This document shows, in pieces, positions 39,003 to 49,781 of a DNA stretch of 64,000 nt (within the stretch, counting starts at the first letter, position 1; every line of letters begins with the position of its first letter). This stretch comes from a bacterium (GTDB taxonomy: Bacteria > Fidelibacterota > Marinisomatia > Marinisomatales > UBA1611). Location of the stretch: positions 19,399 to 83,398 of the forward strand of contig JAYPIC010000001.1 of NCBI GenBank assembly GCA_038127595.1. The letters are read 5' to 3'. Made by a program: the position numbers and the translations under genes. Below the pieces are notes generated by a model. That model had not been told where the DNA came from. It did not search any database and saw only the letters and a program-made list of their open reading frames with translations.

Positions 39003-39680
39003 TTGAATAAAGTCTCTGCGATAATTCTTGCTGCTGGCAGCGGTAGTAGATTTGGTGAAAAAAAACAGTTTAAAGAGCTTAATGGGAAGCCTATTTGGTT
39101 TTATTCATTAAATACTTTCATTCAATCTGAATCTATTGACGAGTTAATTTTAGTAATTCCTAATGATTCATTAGAAACCTTAAAACAATCTCAAGTTTTC
39201 ACATCTTTAAATAAAACAAATAACATTAAATTGGTTTCAGGAGGTGAATCTAGAAAAGATTCAGTTTTTAATGGTCTCAAAGTAGTAAAAAAAGCGATTG
39301 ATATTGTTTGCATTCATGATGCAGCAAGGCCATTTATTAAAGCCTCTTACATTAAACATTCAGTTGAAGCTTGTAGTGAGTTTGATGGTGCGATAATAGC
39401 AATTCCTTCTGTTGATACAGTGAAAAAAGTTGATAAACAAATAATAAAAAATACAATTGACAGAGAGTCTTTATGGATGGCACAAACTCCTCAAACTTTT
39501 AAAAAAGATAAGCTTCTGTATGCTATCAAAAATTCTTCACATTTAAATGTTACAGATGAGAGTATGCTTATGGAGGAAGCTAATTTTAAAATTAAATTAA
39601 TTGAAGGTGATCAGTCTAATTTTAAAATAACTAATGAAATAGACTGGGAGTTAGCAAAAGTTATGGCGGAGGTAGAATAA
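39003..39680 (+). CDS. ispD: 2-C-methyl-D-erythritol 4-phosphate cytidylyltransferase
   Basis: AIILAAGSGSRFG, VCIHDAARPF and AQTPQTF. TTG start. Confidence 0.9.
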   Translation: MNKVSAIILAAGSGSRFGEKKQFKELNGKPIWFYSLNTFIQSESIDELILVIPNDSLETLKQSQVFTSLNKTNNIKLVSGGESRKDSVFNGLKVVKKAIDIVCIHDAARPFIKASYIKHSVEACSEFDGAIIAIPSVDTVKKVDKQIIKNTIDRESLWMAQTPQTFKKDKLLYAIKNSSHLNVTDESMLMEEANFKIKLIEGDQSNFKITNEIDWELAKVMAEVE

Positions 39681-39683
39681 GTT

Positions 39684-40172
39684 ATGATTCGTTCTGGAAT
39701 AGGTTTTGATGCTCATCAACTAAAGAAAGGTACTGATTTATACATTGGTGGAGTAAAAATTGATTCGGATTTGGGTTCTTTGGGTCATTCTGACGGGGAT
39801 GCTTTAATTCATGCTCTTGCAGATTCATTATTAGGTGCTGCTGGGATGGGGGACATTGGTCAATATTTTCCTAGCGAGGAAAAGGAGTGGAAGAATGCAA
39901 AAAGCGAAATATTTTTATTTGAAGTAAAAAAAATTCTTATTAATAATGGGTTTAAAATCTCCAATATTGATTGTACGGTTATATTGCAAAAACCAAAGAT
40001 TAATACATATATAAAATCAATTCGGAATAATATTTCAAGAATATTAGAGCTAAATAAAAAGTATGTCTCCATTAAAGCTACAACAACGGATTACTTGGGA
40101 TATATTGGTGATTCAAAAGGATGGAGTGTAATCTCCATTGCAACTATCATTGATGAGAATGAACACAGTTAA
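39684..40172 (+). CDS. ispF: 2-C-methyl-D-erythritol 2,4-cyclodiphosphate synthase
   Basis: IGFDAHQL, GHSDGDALIHAL and IGQYFPS. Confidence 0.93.
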   Translation: MIRSGIGFDAHQLKKGTDLYIGGVKIDSDLGSLGHSDGDALIHALADSLLGAAGMGDIGQYFPSEEKEWKNAKSEIFLFEVKKILINNGFKISNIDCTVILQKPKINTYIKSIRNNISRILELNKKYVSIKATTTDYLGYIGDSKGWSVISIATIIDENEHS

Positions 40173-41004
40173 AATTAATTCATATGCTAAAGTTAATGTA
40201 GGGCTTAAAATTTTAAATAAAAGAACAGATGGATATCATAATATTAGCACAATATTTCAAGAAATCGATTTACATGATGAGTTAACAATTTCTAAAAATA
40301 TCAGCGGATGTCAATTTAGTTCAAATGTTAATTGGTTACATAATGATCAAAATAATTTGTGTATTATAGCATACAATCATATGAAAGATCTTTACGGTAT
40401 AAAAGGAATTGATATCGTTCTGACAAAAAACATTTCTAGAGGTAGCGGTCTGGGTGGTGGATCATCGAATGCAGCGGCTGTTTTGAAAAGTATTAGTAAA
40501 ATTTATGATTTAAATGTTTCTGATGAGGATTTGATAGAAATTGGGTCAAAAATTGGAGCTGACGTTCCTTTTTTCATAAAAGGAGGCACTCAAATTGGTG
40601 AAGGGATAGGTGAAAAACTCATAGGTTTAAAATCTAAAATAAAAGGCTGGTATTTAATTATTACTCCAGATCTTACTATTGATACAAAATGGGCATATTC
40701 ACAATTTAAAAATATATTGGATAATGCTACACTCCCTACTAAATTTTCCGACTTATTTAGTGAAAAGATAGTTGATCTTGACACAATAAAGTTTTTTGAG
40801 AACAATTTTGAATCTGTTGTTTTTCCAACATATCCAGAGATTGGTGCAATAAAAAAAGAACTCTTTGCATTAGGTGCAAAGTTTGCCAGTCTGTCGGGTT
40901 CTGGCTCGACTGTGTTTGGGATTTTCGATGATAATGCTAAAGTTAAAAAAGCATTTTCTCATTTCTCTCCAATGCACAAGGCATATATTGCTCGCTCTAT
41001 TTAA
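40159..41004 (+). CDS. ispE: 4-diphosphocytidyl-2-C-methyl-D-erythritol kinase
   Basis: SYAKVNVGLKIL, the GHMP kinase motif GSGLGGGSSNAAAV, and GADVPFF. Start set to ATG 40159 (ATG 40153 is also possible), overlapping the ispF end. Confidence 0.9.
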   Translation: MNTVKINSYAKVNVGLKILNKRTDGYHNISTIFQEIDLHDELTISKNISGCQFSSNVNWLHNDQNNLCIIAYNHMKDLYGIKGIDIVLTKNISRGSGLGGGSSNAAAVLKSISKIYDLNVSDEDLIEIGSKIGADVPFFIKGGTQIGEGIGEKLIGLKSKIKGWYLIITPDLTIDTKWAYSQFKNILDNATLPTKFSDLFSEKIVDLDTIKFFENNFESVVFPTYPEIGAIKKELFALGAKFASLSGSGSTVFGIFDDNAKVKKAFSHFSPMHKAYIARSI

Positions 41005-41027
41005 TTTGTTGGTCAAATTATAAAAAT

Positions 41028-41098
41028 TGGGGCGTCGTCTAATGGTAGGACACCTGGTTTTGGTCCAGGCAGTTGGGGTTCGAGTCCCTACGCCCCAG
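41028..41098 (+). tRNA. tRNA-Gln (anticodon UUG)
   Basis: Manual cloverleaf: acceptor TGGGGCG/CGCCCCA; D arm GTCT-AATGGTA-GGAC; anticodon arm CCTGG-TTTTGGT-CCAGG (anticodon TTG); variable CAGT; T arm TGGGG-TTCGAGT-CCCTA; discriminator G. The U1-A72 pair and G73 fit Gln identity. CCA is not fully encoded. Confidence 0.9.
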
Positions 41099-41112
41099 CA
41101 AATGTTATTTAA

Positions 41113-42057
41113 ATGAAAAGAGAACGTAAAATATTTAGTGGTAGAAGTAATCCTGAGTTAGCAAAAAAAATTGCTATTTCAGCTGATTGTCAATTAGGAG
41201 ATATTTCAATTAAGACATTTTCAGATGGTGAAATATGGGTAAAATATGAAGAAAATGTTAGAGGGCAGGATGTATTTATTATTCAATCTACAAACGGTCC
41301 TTCTGAAAATATAATTGAATTAGCTCTGATGACAGATGCTGCTGTTAGAGCATCTGCTAGTACAGTTAACATAATTATGCCTTACTTTGGTTATGGGAGG
41401 CAAGACAGAAAAGATCAACCAAGGGTGCCGATTTCATCAAGGGTAATGATTGATATTTTCACTAGCATGGGGGCAGATAGAATAGTAACAATGGATTTAC
41501 ATTCCACTCAAATTCAAGGTTTCGCGAAAATACCCTTTGATCATTTATATAGTAGAATGGTATTAATGAAGGCAATATCAGATTTAGGTCTTGATCCAAA
41601 AAGATCAGTTGTTTTAGCCCCTGATGTAGGTTCTGCTGCTATAAGCCAAGCTTATGCAAAAAGATTAAAAATGCATTTTGCATTGATTGACAAGAGGAGG
41701 TTTGCTCCTAATCAAGCTAAAGTAAGTCACTTAATAGGTGATTTAGACAGTAAGGACGTTCTCATCATTGATGATATGATTGATACCGCGGGGACAACTG
41801 TAGGTGCAGCAAATGCAGCTATGGAAAAAGGAGCTAAATCTGTAACTGCTATAGCGACTCATGGAGTTTTGTCAGGGCCTGCAATTGAAAGATTAAAAAG
41901 CGCTCCAATAAAAAATTTAGTTGTTACCGACACAATACAAATACCAAAAGAAAAAATATTAAGTAATATGAAAATTATCACAGTCGCTGATGTGTTTGGG
42001 GCAGCGATCAATCGTATTCATAATGGTGAATCCGTTAGCGCATTATTTGAATTTTAA
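41113..42057 (+). CDS. prs: Ribose-phosphate pyrophosphokinase
   Basis: YFGYGRQDRK, DLHSTQIQGFF-like (DLHSTQIQGFA), and the PRPP-binding loop LIIDDMIDTAGT. Confidence 0.95.
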   Translation: MKRERKIFSGRSNPELAKKIAISADCQLGDISIKTFSDGEIWVKYEENVRGQDVFIIQSTNGPSENIIELALMTDAAVRASASTVNIIMPYFGYGRQDRKDQPRVPISSRVMIDIFTSMGADRIVTMDLHSTQIQGFAKIPFDHLYSRMVLMKAISDLGLDPKRSVVLAPDVGSAAISQAYAKRLKMHFALIDKRRFAPNQAKVSHLIGDLDSKDVLIIDDMIDTAGTTVGAANAAMEKGAKSVTAIATHGVLSGPAIERLKSAPIKNLVVTDTIQIPKEKILSNMKIITVADVFGAAINRIHNGESVSALFEF

Positions 42058-42072
42058 AAAGGAGAAATAAGG

Positions 42073-42741
42073 ATGGCTACATCTTATTATAAATTAGATA
42101 TTGAAATCAGAGAATCTGTTGGTAAAAAATCAACAAAAGCAATCAGAAGAGATGGCAAGATCCCAAGTACATTATATTTTAAAGGAGATGAACCTGAGAG
42201 TATTGCCATAGATAAAATAAAACTTTATCAGGCGTTAAAATCTGACCAGCGTGTTTATGAGGTTGAATTAGGCGGTGAATCTCAGTATGTAATGGTAAAA
42301 GCTGTACAATATCATCCTGTAACAGATGAAATTATTCATTTAGATTTTATGCGAGTACGTAGGTCCGAAAAGATGACGATTTCCGTTCCTCTAGTTCTAG
42401 TTGGTAAGCCAATAGGTGTAGTTGAAGGTGGAATTTTATCTCAAGCACTTAATCAAATTGAAATAAGTTGTTTCCCAACAAACGTACCAGATCAAATTGA
42501 GGTTAACGTTGATAAAATGGAGCTTAATTCATCCATTAGTGTAGCAGATGTATCCACTGATGATGAAGAGGTGGAAATACTTAGTTCATCAGAAATAAAT
42601 GTTGCAACAATTACAGCTCCTAGTTCTGAAAAAGAAGAAACAGTTTCTGACGATGATATTGTTACTGATGAGGATAAAGATGAATCATCTGATGATCAAA
42701 AATCTGATGATAGTGATAATCAAGAGGAATCAAAAGAATAG
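42073..42741 (+). CDS. rplY: 50S ribosomal protein L25 / general stress protein Ctc, with acidic C-terminal extension
   Basis: RRDGKIPSTLY, HPVTDEIIHLDF, and the conserved prs-ctc-pth synteny. Confidence 0.9.
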   Translation: MATSYYKLDIEIRESVGKKSTKAIRRDGKIPSTLYFKGDEPESIAIDKIKLYQALKSDQRVYEVELGGESQYVMVKAVQYHPVTDEIIHLDFMRVRRSEKMTISVPLVLVGKPIGVVEGGILSQALNQIEISCFPTNVPDQIEVNVDKMELNSSISVADVSTDDEEVEILSSSEINVATITAPSSEKEETVSDDDIVTDEDKDESSDDQKSDDSDNQEESKE

Positions 42742-42749
42742 ATCTAGTT

Positions 42750-43304
42750 TTGATTGTATTTATAGGTTTAGGAAATGTTGGTGAGCAGTATAAAGAAACA
42801 AAGCATAATGCAGGATTTTGGATAATGGACGAGATGGCAGCAAGACATAAAATTTCTTTTAGCCCAGGGAGCGGAGATTACGTTATTGCATCAAAGACAG
42901 ATAAGTTCCACCTTGTTAAGCCGAGTACAGGTATGAATAGAAGTGGCAATGCAGTTTCACAACTAATTAAATCAAAAAATATCCTACCTGAACAGATTTG
43001 TGTCATTTTAGATGATGTAGATTTACCTCTTGGTAAAATACGTATAAAACCAAAAGGCGGTGATGGTTCTCATCGAGGCTTACAGAATATTATTTACCTA
43101 TCAAACACAGACAACATTCCTAGGCTTAGATTTGGTATTGGCACTAGTGAAAAAATGCGTCCAGCAGAAAATTATGTATTGGAACCATTTAAAAAGGATG
43201 ATGATAAAACTCTTGCTCGTGAAACTGTAAAAAATGCAGCAGATGCTTTAGATAGTGTGGTTTTTAATGGAATAGATAAAACAATGAATATTTATAACTC
43301 ATAG
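42750..43304 (+). CDS. pth: Peptidyl-tRNA hydrolase
   Basis: FIGLGNVGEQYKETKHNAGFW, MNRSGNAV and GGDGSHRGLQNI. TTG start. Confidence 0.9.
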   Translation: MIVFIGLGNVGEQYKETKHNAGFWIMDEMAARHKISFSPGSGDYVIASKTDKFHLVKPSTGMNRSGNAVSQLIKSKNILPEQICVILDDVDLPLGKIRIKPKGGDGSHRGLQNIIYLSNTDNIPRLRFGIGTSEKMRPAENYVLEPFKKDDDKTLARETVKNAADALDSVVFNGIDKTMNIYNS

Positions 43305-43324
43305 AAATGGAGATTTAAAAAATA

Positions 43325-45508
43325 ATGCAAAATGAAAATAACTTTGTTTTACTAGTGATTTTATCTGGTATTCTTGCAATGGCTTTTGCTTTTTGGAAGG
43401 CCTCATGGATAAACACACAAAACGAGGGTAATCAGCGTATGAAAACTATTGGTGCTAGCATTGCAGATGGAGCAATGGCCTTTCTTCGTGCTGAGTATCG
43501 AATACTAGGTGTTTTTGTTGTCGCTGTAGCTCTCGTCCTTGGTTATGCAAATTCTGGGAGAGCAGATTCAAGCGCATTTATAGCTCTTTCATTCATTATT
43601 GGCGCCGTAGCTTCTGGTTTTGCAGGATTCCTAGGTATGAAAGTAGCAACAAAGGCAAACAATCGTACAACTCATGCTGCAGAAACAAGCTTGGCTAAAG
43701 CTTTAAATGTAGCATTTAGCGGCGGAGTTGTGATGGGTTTAAGTGTTGTTGGTTTAGGGGTTCTAGGCTTGGGAATTCTTTTTTATGTTTATGGGGAAAT
43801 GGGAATTTTTAACAATGACATTGAAATAATATTAAATGTTTTATCTGGATTTTCTTTAGGAGCTTCTTCTATTGCGCTTTTTGCAAGAGTTGGAGGAGGT
43901 ATTTATACAAAAGCTGCTGATGTTGGAGCAGATTTAGTGGGTAAGGTAGAGTCTGGTATTCCTGAAGATCATCCTCTTAACCCTGCTACTATAGCTGATA
44001 ATGTTGGAGATAATGTTGGAGATGTGGCTGGCATGGGAGCAGATTTATTTGAATCTTATGTAGGATCAATAATTGGATCTATGGTCTTAGGTTCAACCCT
44101 TTATGCTTACGGTGCTGGGTTTGATTTCAATTTTGTCCTGCTTCCGCTTCTAATCGCAGCATCAGGTATAGTCGTATCAATAGGTGGTACCTTTTTAGTT
44201 TCAGTCAAGGAGGGCGGGGATCCTCAGAAAGCATTAAATAAAGGAGAGTTTGGTAGCGGGCTAATAATGGTTGCGGTAATATATATTTTAATAACTTACT
44301 TTTTACCAGAAAAATTTGTTGCTCAGCAGGGTTTTGGGAAATCTTATGATAGTATAGGTGTATTTTATGCCACAGTCATAGGCCTCTTTGGCGGGCTTGG
44401 AATTGGGAAAATAACCGAATATTACACTGGAACTGGTACAAAACCAGTTGAGTCTATTTCTAAGCAATCCATGACTGGACCAGCTACTAACATTATTGCA
44501 GGTCTGGGTGTTGGTATGGAATCTACTGCAGTTCCAATTATGATAATTTCAGGTAGCATTATGGGTGCATACTATTTTGCAGGTCTTTATGGAATAGCTA
44601 TGGCAGCTCTTGGAATGCTTGCAAATACTGGGATTCAACTGGCTGTCGATGCATATGGACCAATTTCAGATAATGCAGGCGGGATTGCAGAGATGGCTGA
44701 ATTACCCAAAGAGGTTAGAGAGAGAACAGATAAGCTTGATGCTGTAGGTAATACTACCGCTGCAATTGGTAAGGGTTTTGCTATAGGTTCTGCAGCTTTA
44801 ACTGCTTTAGCGCTATTCGCTGCCTTTAAAGTTAAAAGTGGTATTGATATTATAAATATTTCTGATCCCATGGTAATGGCAGGTTTGTTCATTGGTGGTA
44901 TGTTACCTTTTCTTTTCTCTTCAATGGCGATGGGAGCTGTAGGTAGAGCCGCAATGTCAATGATTGAAGAAGTGAGAAGACAGTTCAAGGAAATTCCTGA
45001 ATTGAAAAAAGCACTTGAGATAATGAATCTTAAAAACCGAGAAGATTGGAATGAAGATGATAAGAAAGCCTACAATGATGCTATGGGAAAGGCAGAGCAT
45101 GGGAAATGCGTTGAAATTTCTACTGAGTCTGCCATTAGAGAAATGGTTTTACCAGGCCTTTTAGCAGTATCAATGCCTGTTATTGTAGGATTTTTACCAA
45201 AAATGTTTGGTAGCAATCAAGGACCTGAAATATTAGGAGGATTACTTGCAGGAGTAACAGTAAGTGGCGTATTGATGGCTATCTTTCAATCAAATTCAGG
45301 AGGTGCCTGGGACAATGCAAAGAAAATGATTGAGGAAGGCATTACAATAGATGGTCAAAAATTAGTTAAAGGCTCAGAGGCCCATAAAGCCTCTGTTGTC
45401 GGCGATACTGTAGGAGATCCATTTAAGGACACTTCTGGTCCATCATTAAATATTTTAATAAAACTTATGTCAGTGGTGTCTTTGGTAATTGCACCGTTGA
45501 TTAAATAG
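43325..45508 (+). CDS. hppA: Membrane-bound ion-translocating pyrophosphatase (K+-dependent subtype signature)
   Basis: [48 protein letters not shown] and [18 protein letters not shown]. Ala in GNTTAA marks the K+-dependent class. Confidence 0.95.
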   Translation: MQNENNFVLLVILSGILAMAFAFWKASWINTQNEGNQRMKTIGASIADGAMAFLRAEYRILGVFVVAVALVLGYANSGRADSSAFIALSFIIGAVASGFAGFLGMKVATKANNRTTHAAETSLAKALNVAFSGGVVMGLSVVGLGVLGLGILFYVYGEMGIFNNDIEIILNVLSGFSLGASSIALFARVGGGIYTKAADVGADLVGKVESGIPEDHPLNPATIADNVGDNVGDVAGMGADLFESYVGSIIGSMVLGSTLYAYGAGFDFNFVLLPLLIAASGIVVSIGGTFLVSVKEGGDPQKALNKGEFGSGLIMVAVIYILITYFLPEKFVAQQGFGKSYDSIGVFYATVIGLFGGLGIGKITEYYTGTGTKPVESISKQSMTGPATNIIAGLGVGMESTAVPIMIISGSIMGAYYFAGLYGIAMAALGMLANTGIQLAVDAYGPISDNAGGIAEMAELPKEVRERTDKLDAVGNTTAAIGKGFAIGSAALTALALFAAFKVKSGIDIINISDPMVMAGLFIGGMLPFLFSSMAMGAVGRAAMSMIEEVRRQFKEIPELKKALEIMNLKNREDWNEDDKKAYNDAMGKAEHGKCVEISTESAIREMVLPGLLAVSMPVIVGFLPKMFGSNQGPEILGGLLAGVTVSGVLMAIFQSNSGGAWDNAKKMIEEGITIDGQKLVKGSEAHKASVVGDTVGDPFKDTSGPSLNILIKLMSVVSLVIAPLIK

Positions 45509-45524
45509 AATCTAGGGAGATTAT

Positions 45525-45947
45525 ATGCGTTATTATGAACTAATATACATTGTTAACTCAAATGTAGAACGAAAGAAAATTGACCAAATCATGAAAGATA
45601 TTAGTAGTAGGTTAGAAAATACTGATTCAAAAATAATAAATCATGTTGTTTGGGGTAAGAAAAAACTAGCATATCCCATAAAAGGGAACACCTACGGGAA
45701 TTACATTCTGTTACATTATGAAGGTGGAGACAATAACAAGCTAAATGAATTTGATTCATGGTTAAAGCTCAGTGGTTTGGTGATTAGACATATGATTGTT
45801 AGGTTAGAAGAAAAGCCCGATGTCGTCAAAGGTTTTGATGATGAAAAACCTGAAAATAACTCTGAAAAAAAGTCAGAAGATCTAGTAGAAAAAGATAAAG
45901 AGCAATTAGAAAAAGAAATTGTTGAAGAAGATAAGGAGGTAGAATAA
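45525..45947 (+). CDS. rpsF: 30S ribosomal protein S6 with acidic C-terminal extension
   Basis: [10 protein letters not shown]..., [10 protein letters not shown], and synteny with rpsR-rplI. Confidence 0.9.
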   Translation: MRYYELIYIVNSNVERKKIDQIMKDISSRLENTDSKIINHVVWGKKKLAYPIKGNTYGNYILLHYEGGDNNKLNEFDSWLKLSGLVIRHMIVRLEEKPDVVKGFDDEKPENNSEKKSEDLVEKDKEQLEKEIVEEDKEVE

Positions 45948-46174
45948 TGGCTTTCCAAACAAGAAGAAAATATTGCTATTTTAAAGAAAACAATATAGCA
46001 GCAGTAGATTATAAAGATGTAAAATTATTGAAGAGGTTTATCAATGATAATGGTAAAATTATGCCTAGAAGAGTTACTGGGACTAGTGCTAAAATGCATC
46101 GAAAAGTTGTTGGCGCTATAAAACGAGCTAGAACTATAGGCTTAATGCCTTTTGTTGATAGTGGTTCTGAATAA
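45947..46174 (+). CDS. rpsR: 30S ribosomal protein S18
   Basis: [49 protein letters not shown]. Confidence 0.93.
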   Translation: MAFQTRRKYCYFKENNIAAVDYKDVKLLKRFINDNGKIMPRRVTGTSAKMHRKVVGAIKRARTIGLMPFVDSGSE

Positions 46175-46192
46175 TAGTATGGAGATTATATC

Positions 46193-46636
46193 ATGAAAGT
46201 TATTTTACTAAACGATGTTGAAAATTTAGGTCTCGCTGGAGACATTGTTATCGTAAAACCTGGTTATGCTAGAAATAGATTAATACCTCAAGGTTTGGCG
46301 TTAAGAGCATCAAATAAAAATATTGCTGTTGCGAGTGAGAGAAAAAAGGTAGCGAATGTTAAGCTTGAACGTGAAAATATTGCTCTGCAAAAGTTAGCTA
46401 AAAAACTTAGCAATGTTGAAATAACTATTGAAGTTAATGTTGGAGAAGAAGAAAAAATGTTTGGTTCAATTACTAATTTAGATGTGCACAAAGAGCTAAC
46501 ATCTAAAGGGTTTGAACTTGATAAAAACCAGATAATTATTGACGAACCAATCAAAGCTTTAGGTATTTATCATGCAAAAGTTAAAATTGCAAAAGATATT
46601 ACATCTGATGTGAAGTTATATGTCATAAAGGGTTAG
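46193..46636 (+). CDS. rplI: 50S ribosomal protein L9
   Basis: MKVILLNDVENLGLAGDIVIVKPGYARNRLIPQGLA. Confidence 0.93.
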   Translation: MKVILLNDVENLGLAGDIVIVKPGYARNRLIPQGLALRASNKNIAVASERKKVANVKLERENIALQKLAKKLSNVEITIEVNVGEEEKMFGSITNLDVHKELTSKGFELDKNQIIIDEPIKALGIYHAKVKIAKDITSDVKLYVIKG

Positions 46637-46653
46637 TTCCCTATTAATTTATA

Positions 46654-48891
46654 ATGTTCGCTGAGGTATCGCTTCCAATATCTTCATTCCAAAATTTTAC
46701 ATACTCAATTCCTGAGAATTTAAAAAAGTCCTTATTAGTTGGATCAAAAGTCAAAGTTCCATTTGGGGCAAGAAAAGTTAACGGTATCATTGTCTCATTA
46801 ATTGACGAAAGTTCATTTGCTGGTAACCTAAAATCAATCATTGATGTTGACGATAACACGCCCGTGTTATCTAACGAACTTTGGAAGCTAGTTAATTGGA
46901 TAAGCCATTATTATGTTACCCCGATTGGATTAGCATATAATACTGTATTGCCTTTTTCACTTTTAAGCAATCATAACCCTAGGAAAGCTTGGTTTGTAAG
47001 GTATGTAGCTAGACATAAGAATAATAAAAAAAATACTTATGAAAAGCTATCTTCTAAGCAAAATTCGATTTTTGAAGCCACTAGACAAGCTCCATTAGAA
47101 TACATAAAAGTTTCTAGATTTAAAGGAATAAGCTCAAACCCCATATCAATATGCAAAGCACTTGAAAAAAAGGGTTTAGTTGAGCTTGAAAAAAGAAATC
47201 AAGATAAAGCGATTGAAGAAACTTCATTTAAATCCTTAAAAAAAAATATATTATACAATAAAGAACAACTTATAGTCATTAAAAGTCTAAAGACTGCAAT
47301 TAAATCAGGGGTATATAGTTCAAACCTTTTACATGGTGTTACGGGAAGTGGTAAGACTGAAATTTTTATTGAAATAATAAAAACTGTTAAAAAACTTGGT
47401 AAGTGTTCTATTGTTCTCATTCCCGAAATTTCGCTTACATCTCAAATTGCTGGACGTTTTAAACAGGTTTTCGGGGATGACATGGCTTTATGGCACTCAC
47501 AATTATCTAAATCTCAGCGCGCAAAAACTTGGAGGGATATAAATGATGGAGCATGTAAAATCGTAATAGGAGCAAGAAGTGCTATTTTTTCACCAGTTAA
47601 AAACTTAGGGCTGATCATTGTCGATGAAGAACATGATAGTTCATACAAGCAAGATTCACCATCCCCTCGTTATCATGCTAGAGATGTTGCTATTATGAGA
47701 TCTAAAATAGAAAAATGCACTGTTGTTTTGTCTAGTGCTACCCCTAGCTTGGAAACATTCTATAATTATAAGCTTAAAAAATATAATTATTTGACATTAT
47801 CAAAAAGGTATGGAGATGCTTTATATCCAAAAGTTCGAGTAGTAGATTTAATTGATGAAAGCAAAGAATCTGGAAAGTTTAACATTATTATTTCAGGCTT
47901 ATTGCAAGAGAAAATTGAAAAAAGGTTAAGTGAAAATGAGCAAGTTTTGCTTATCCAGAACCGAAGAGGATTTTCTCCTACAGTAAAGTGCTCTGATTGT
48001 GGTACTGTAGTAATGTGTCTAGCTTGCAAAACGCCATTAACTTTTCATAAATATGATAATAATTTTAAATGTCATATATGTGGATTTACCAGTTTTAAAA
48101 ATTTAGATAATTGTAGTGAATGCCTTAGTCAAAATTTTTCATACATGGGGACTGGAACGCAAAAGGTTGAAGAATTAATACAAAAAACTTTTCCCAATGC
48201 AAGGGTTGCCAGAATAGATCATGATAGCTCCAAAAATAGCTCTTTGACTATTAAGATTCTACAAAAATTCCAGGATGGTGAAATTGATATCCTTTTAGGG
48301 ACTCAAATGATAGCAAAGGGGTTAGATTTTCCAGAAATAACTTTAGTTGGAATTATCAATGCTGACTTAGGATTGCATATCCCCGATTTTAGATCTAGTG
48401 AAAGGACATTTCAATTAATTTATCAAGCAGCTGGCAGGTCAGGAAGGGGAAAGAAAAGAGGAGAGGTTGTGATTCAGACTTATGATAAAGAAAACCTGGT
48501 AATTAAAGCAGCATCTAAATTGAATCTAAAAGACTATTATAATAATATGCTAACTGACAGAAATACATTGAATTATCCTCCTTATAGTTGGGTATCAAAA
48601 GTTGAATTTTTAGGCCCTAATTTAAAATCTGTATTTTCTTTGTCTAATAGGGTTAGAAACAATTTTTTTGGTATATATAAAGGTCTTGAAATCCTTGGCC
48701 CCGCTCCATGTTTTAAGGAGAAGGTAAATAATAAATACCGATTTCAAATTATCTTGAAATCCATAAAAAAATATGATTCAAATAGTGAAAAATTACACTC
48801 TTTCATAAGTAAAAACTTCATTGAGCATAAAAATCAAATAACAGGCTCAAATAAAATCAACATTCATATTGATCCTATCTCAATGATATGA
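46654..48891 (+). CDS. priA: Primosomal replication restart helicase PriA
   Basis: Walker A HGVTGSGKTE, DEEHD, Cys-rich zinc insertion (CSDCGTVVMCLACKTPLTFH...CHICG...CSEC), and QLIYQAAGRSGRG. Confidence 0.93.
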   Translation: MFAEVSLPISSFQNFTYSIPENLKKSLLVGSKVKVPFGARKVNGIIVSLIDESSFAGNLKSIIDVDDNTPVLSNELWKLVNWISHYYVTPIGLAYNTVLPFSLLSNHNPRKAWFVRYVARHKNNKKNTYEKLSSKQNSIFEATRQAPLEYIKVSRFKGISSNPISICKALEKKGLVELEKRNQDKAIEETSFKSLKKNILYNKEQLIVIKSLKTAIKSGVYSSNLLHGVTGSGKTEIFIEIIKTVKKLGKCSIVLIPEISLTSQIAGRFKQVFGDDMALWHSQLSKSQRAKTWRDINDGACKIVIGARSAIFSPVKNLGLIIVDEEHDSSYKQDSPSPRYHARDVAIMRSKIEKCTVVLSSATPSLETFYNYKLKKYNYLTLSKRYGDALYPKVRVVDLIDESKESGKFNIIISGLLQEKIEKRLSENEQVLLIQNRRGFSPTVKCSDCGTVVMCLACKTPLTFHKYDNNFKCHICGFTSFKNLDNCSECLSQNFSYMGTGTQKVEELIQKTFPNARVARIDHDSSKNSSLTIKILQKFQDGEIDILLGTQMIAKGLDFPEITLVGIINADLGLHIPDFRSSERTFQLIYQAAGRSGRGKKRGEVVIQTYDKENLVIKAASKLNLKDYYNNMLTDRNTLNYPPYSWVSKVEFLGPNLKSVFSLSNRVRNNFFGIYKGLEILGPAPCFKEKVNNKYRFQIILKSIKKYDSNSEKLHSFISKNFIEHKNQITGSNKINIHIDPISMI

Positions 48892-49781
48892 AATTCATTT
48901 TATTCTTAATACTTTCATTATCATCTCTGCATTCTAATGAATCGCGACCTGGGTTATCGGTTTGGTTTTCAGCTAATGACCTCTCATTTGCCGGAGGAGG
49001 AAAGTTGCTTTTCAATCCAAATAGTAGGGATGTTGATTTAAACGTTATTTCAAAAGGTAAAATTTTTTCGACATCATTTATTTTCTATCCCGCGGGAGTT
49101 CAAGCTCAGTCTGCTTCTATGTTATTAAGTAAGAGCAATAAATCTATAATCGCTTCAATCAATCATGTCTCATATGGTACATTTAAAGGTTATGACGAAA
49201 ATGCGGTGGCAACCGGAAACTACACTTCAAGTGATACTTGGTTTAGGTTTGGTTATAATGAAAAATCTAAAACATTGCCTTTTAATTACGGAGTCTCTAA
49301 TCAATTTTATATATCGAAATTAGAAGACATTATTTCTACATCTATTTACTCATCTTTTGGATTAGTATGGACAATAAAAAAATACAACTTGGATATTGGC
49401 TGGACGGTTAATGATATACTTTTATTTTATAATAGATCGACTGATGATATTAATTCAACAAATTTTCTTATTGGAGTTTCCAAAGACTTAGTACATTTGC
49501 CCCTCAAACTATCAATTGACACCAAGCTTAGTACAAGTCTAGTCCCTAAGGATTATTTTTTAAGTGGGACTTTTTACATATCAAAGAACATTGCCTTAAA
49601 CCTAGGTACATCAACAAGAAAATTCAGCCAAAATACTGAACAAAATTTATCTCAGACTATTTTTGGATCAAGCGGGGTTGGAGTATTATTTAAAAATAAA
49701 GAATTAGTTATTGGTTACGGTTTGTACTTTTATGGAACAGGTGGATTTTCTTCTGGCTTAGATATGAGCATTAATTTTTAA
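48888..49781 (+). CDS. Putative outer-membrane beta-barrel protein (unassigned family)
   Basis: Signal peptide (MKFILFLILSLSSLHS/N), alternating beta-strand pattern, and a C-terminal aromatic residue (...GLDMSINF). Start overlaps the priA stop (ATGA); stop overlaps the lipase start (TAATG). Confidence 0.45.
   Translation: MKFILFLILSLSSLHSNESRPGLSVWFSANDLSFAGGGKLLFNPNSRDVDLNVISKGKIFSTSFIFYPAGVQAQSASMLLSKSNKSIIASINHVSYGTFKGYDENAVATGNYTSSDTWFRFGYNEKSKTLPFNYGVSNQFYISKLEDIISTSIYSSFGLVWTIKKYNLDIGWTVNDILLFYNRSTDDINSTNFLIGVSKDLVHLPLKLSIDTKLSTSLVPKDYFLSGTFYISKNIALNLGTSTRKFSQNTEQNLSQTIFGSSGVGVLFKNKELVIGYGLYFYGTGGFSSGLDMSINF

Noticed and set aside
41028-41098. tRNA-Gln considered as an integration hotspot for a genomic island.
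   Set aside because: There is no integrase, no duplicated tRNA 3' fragment downstream, and both flanks are conserved housekeeping synteny (ispE upstream, prs-ctc-pth downstream).
48888-49781. 297-aa barrel considered as a T9SS PorP/SprF or PorV component.
   Set aside because: The size is compatible, but I do not see the N-terminal motif I recall as conserved in PorP/SprF (QDPxFSQY-type). No other T9SS genes or CTD-bearing cargo are visible in the window.
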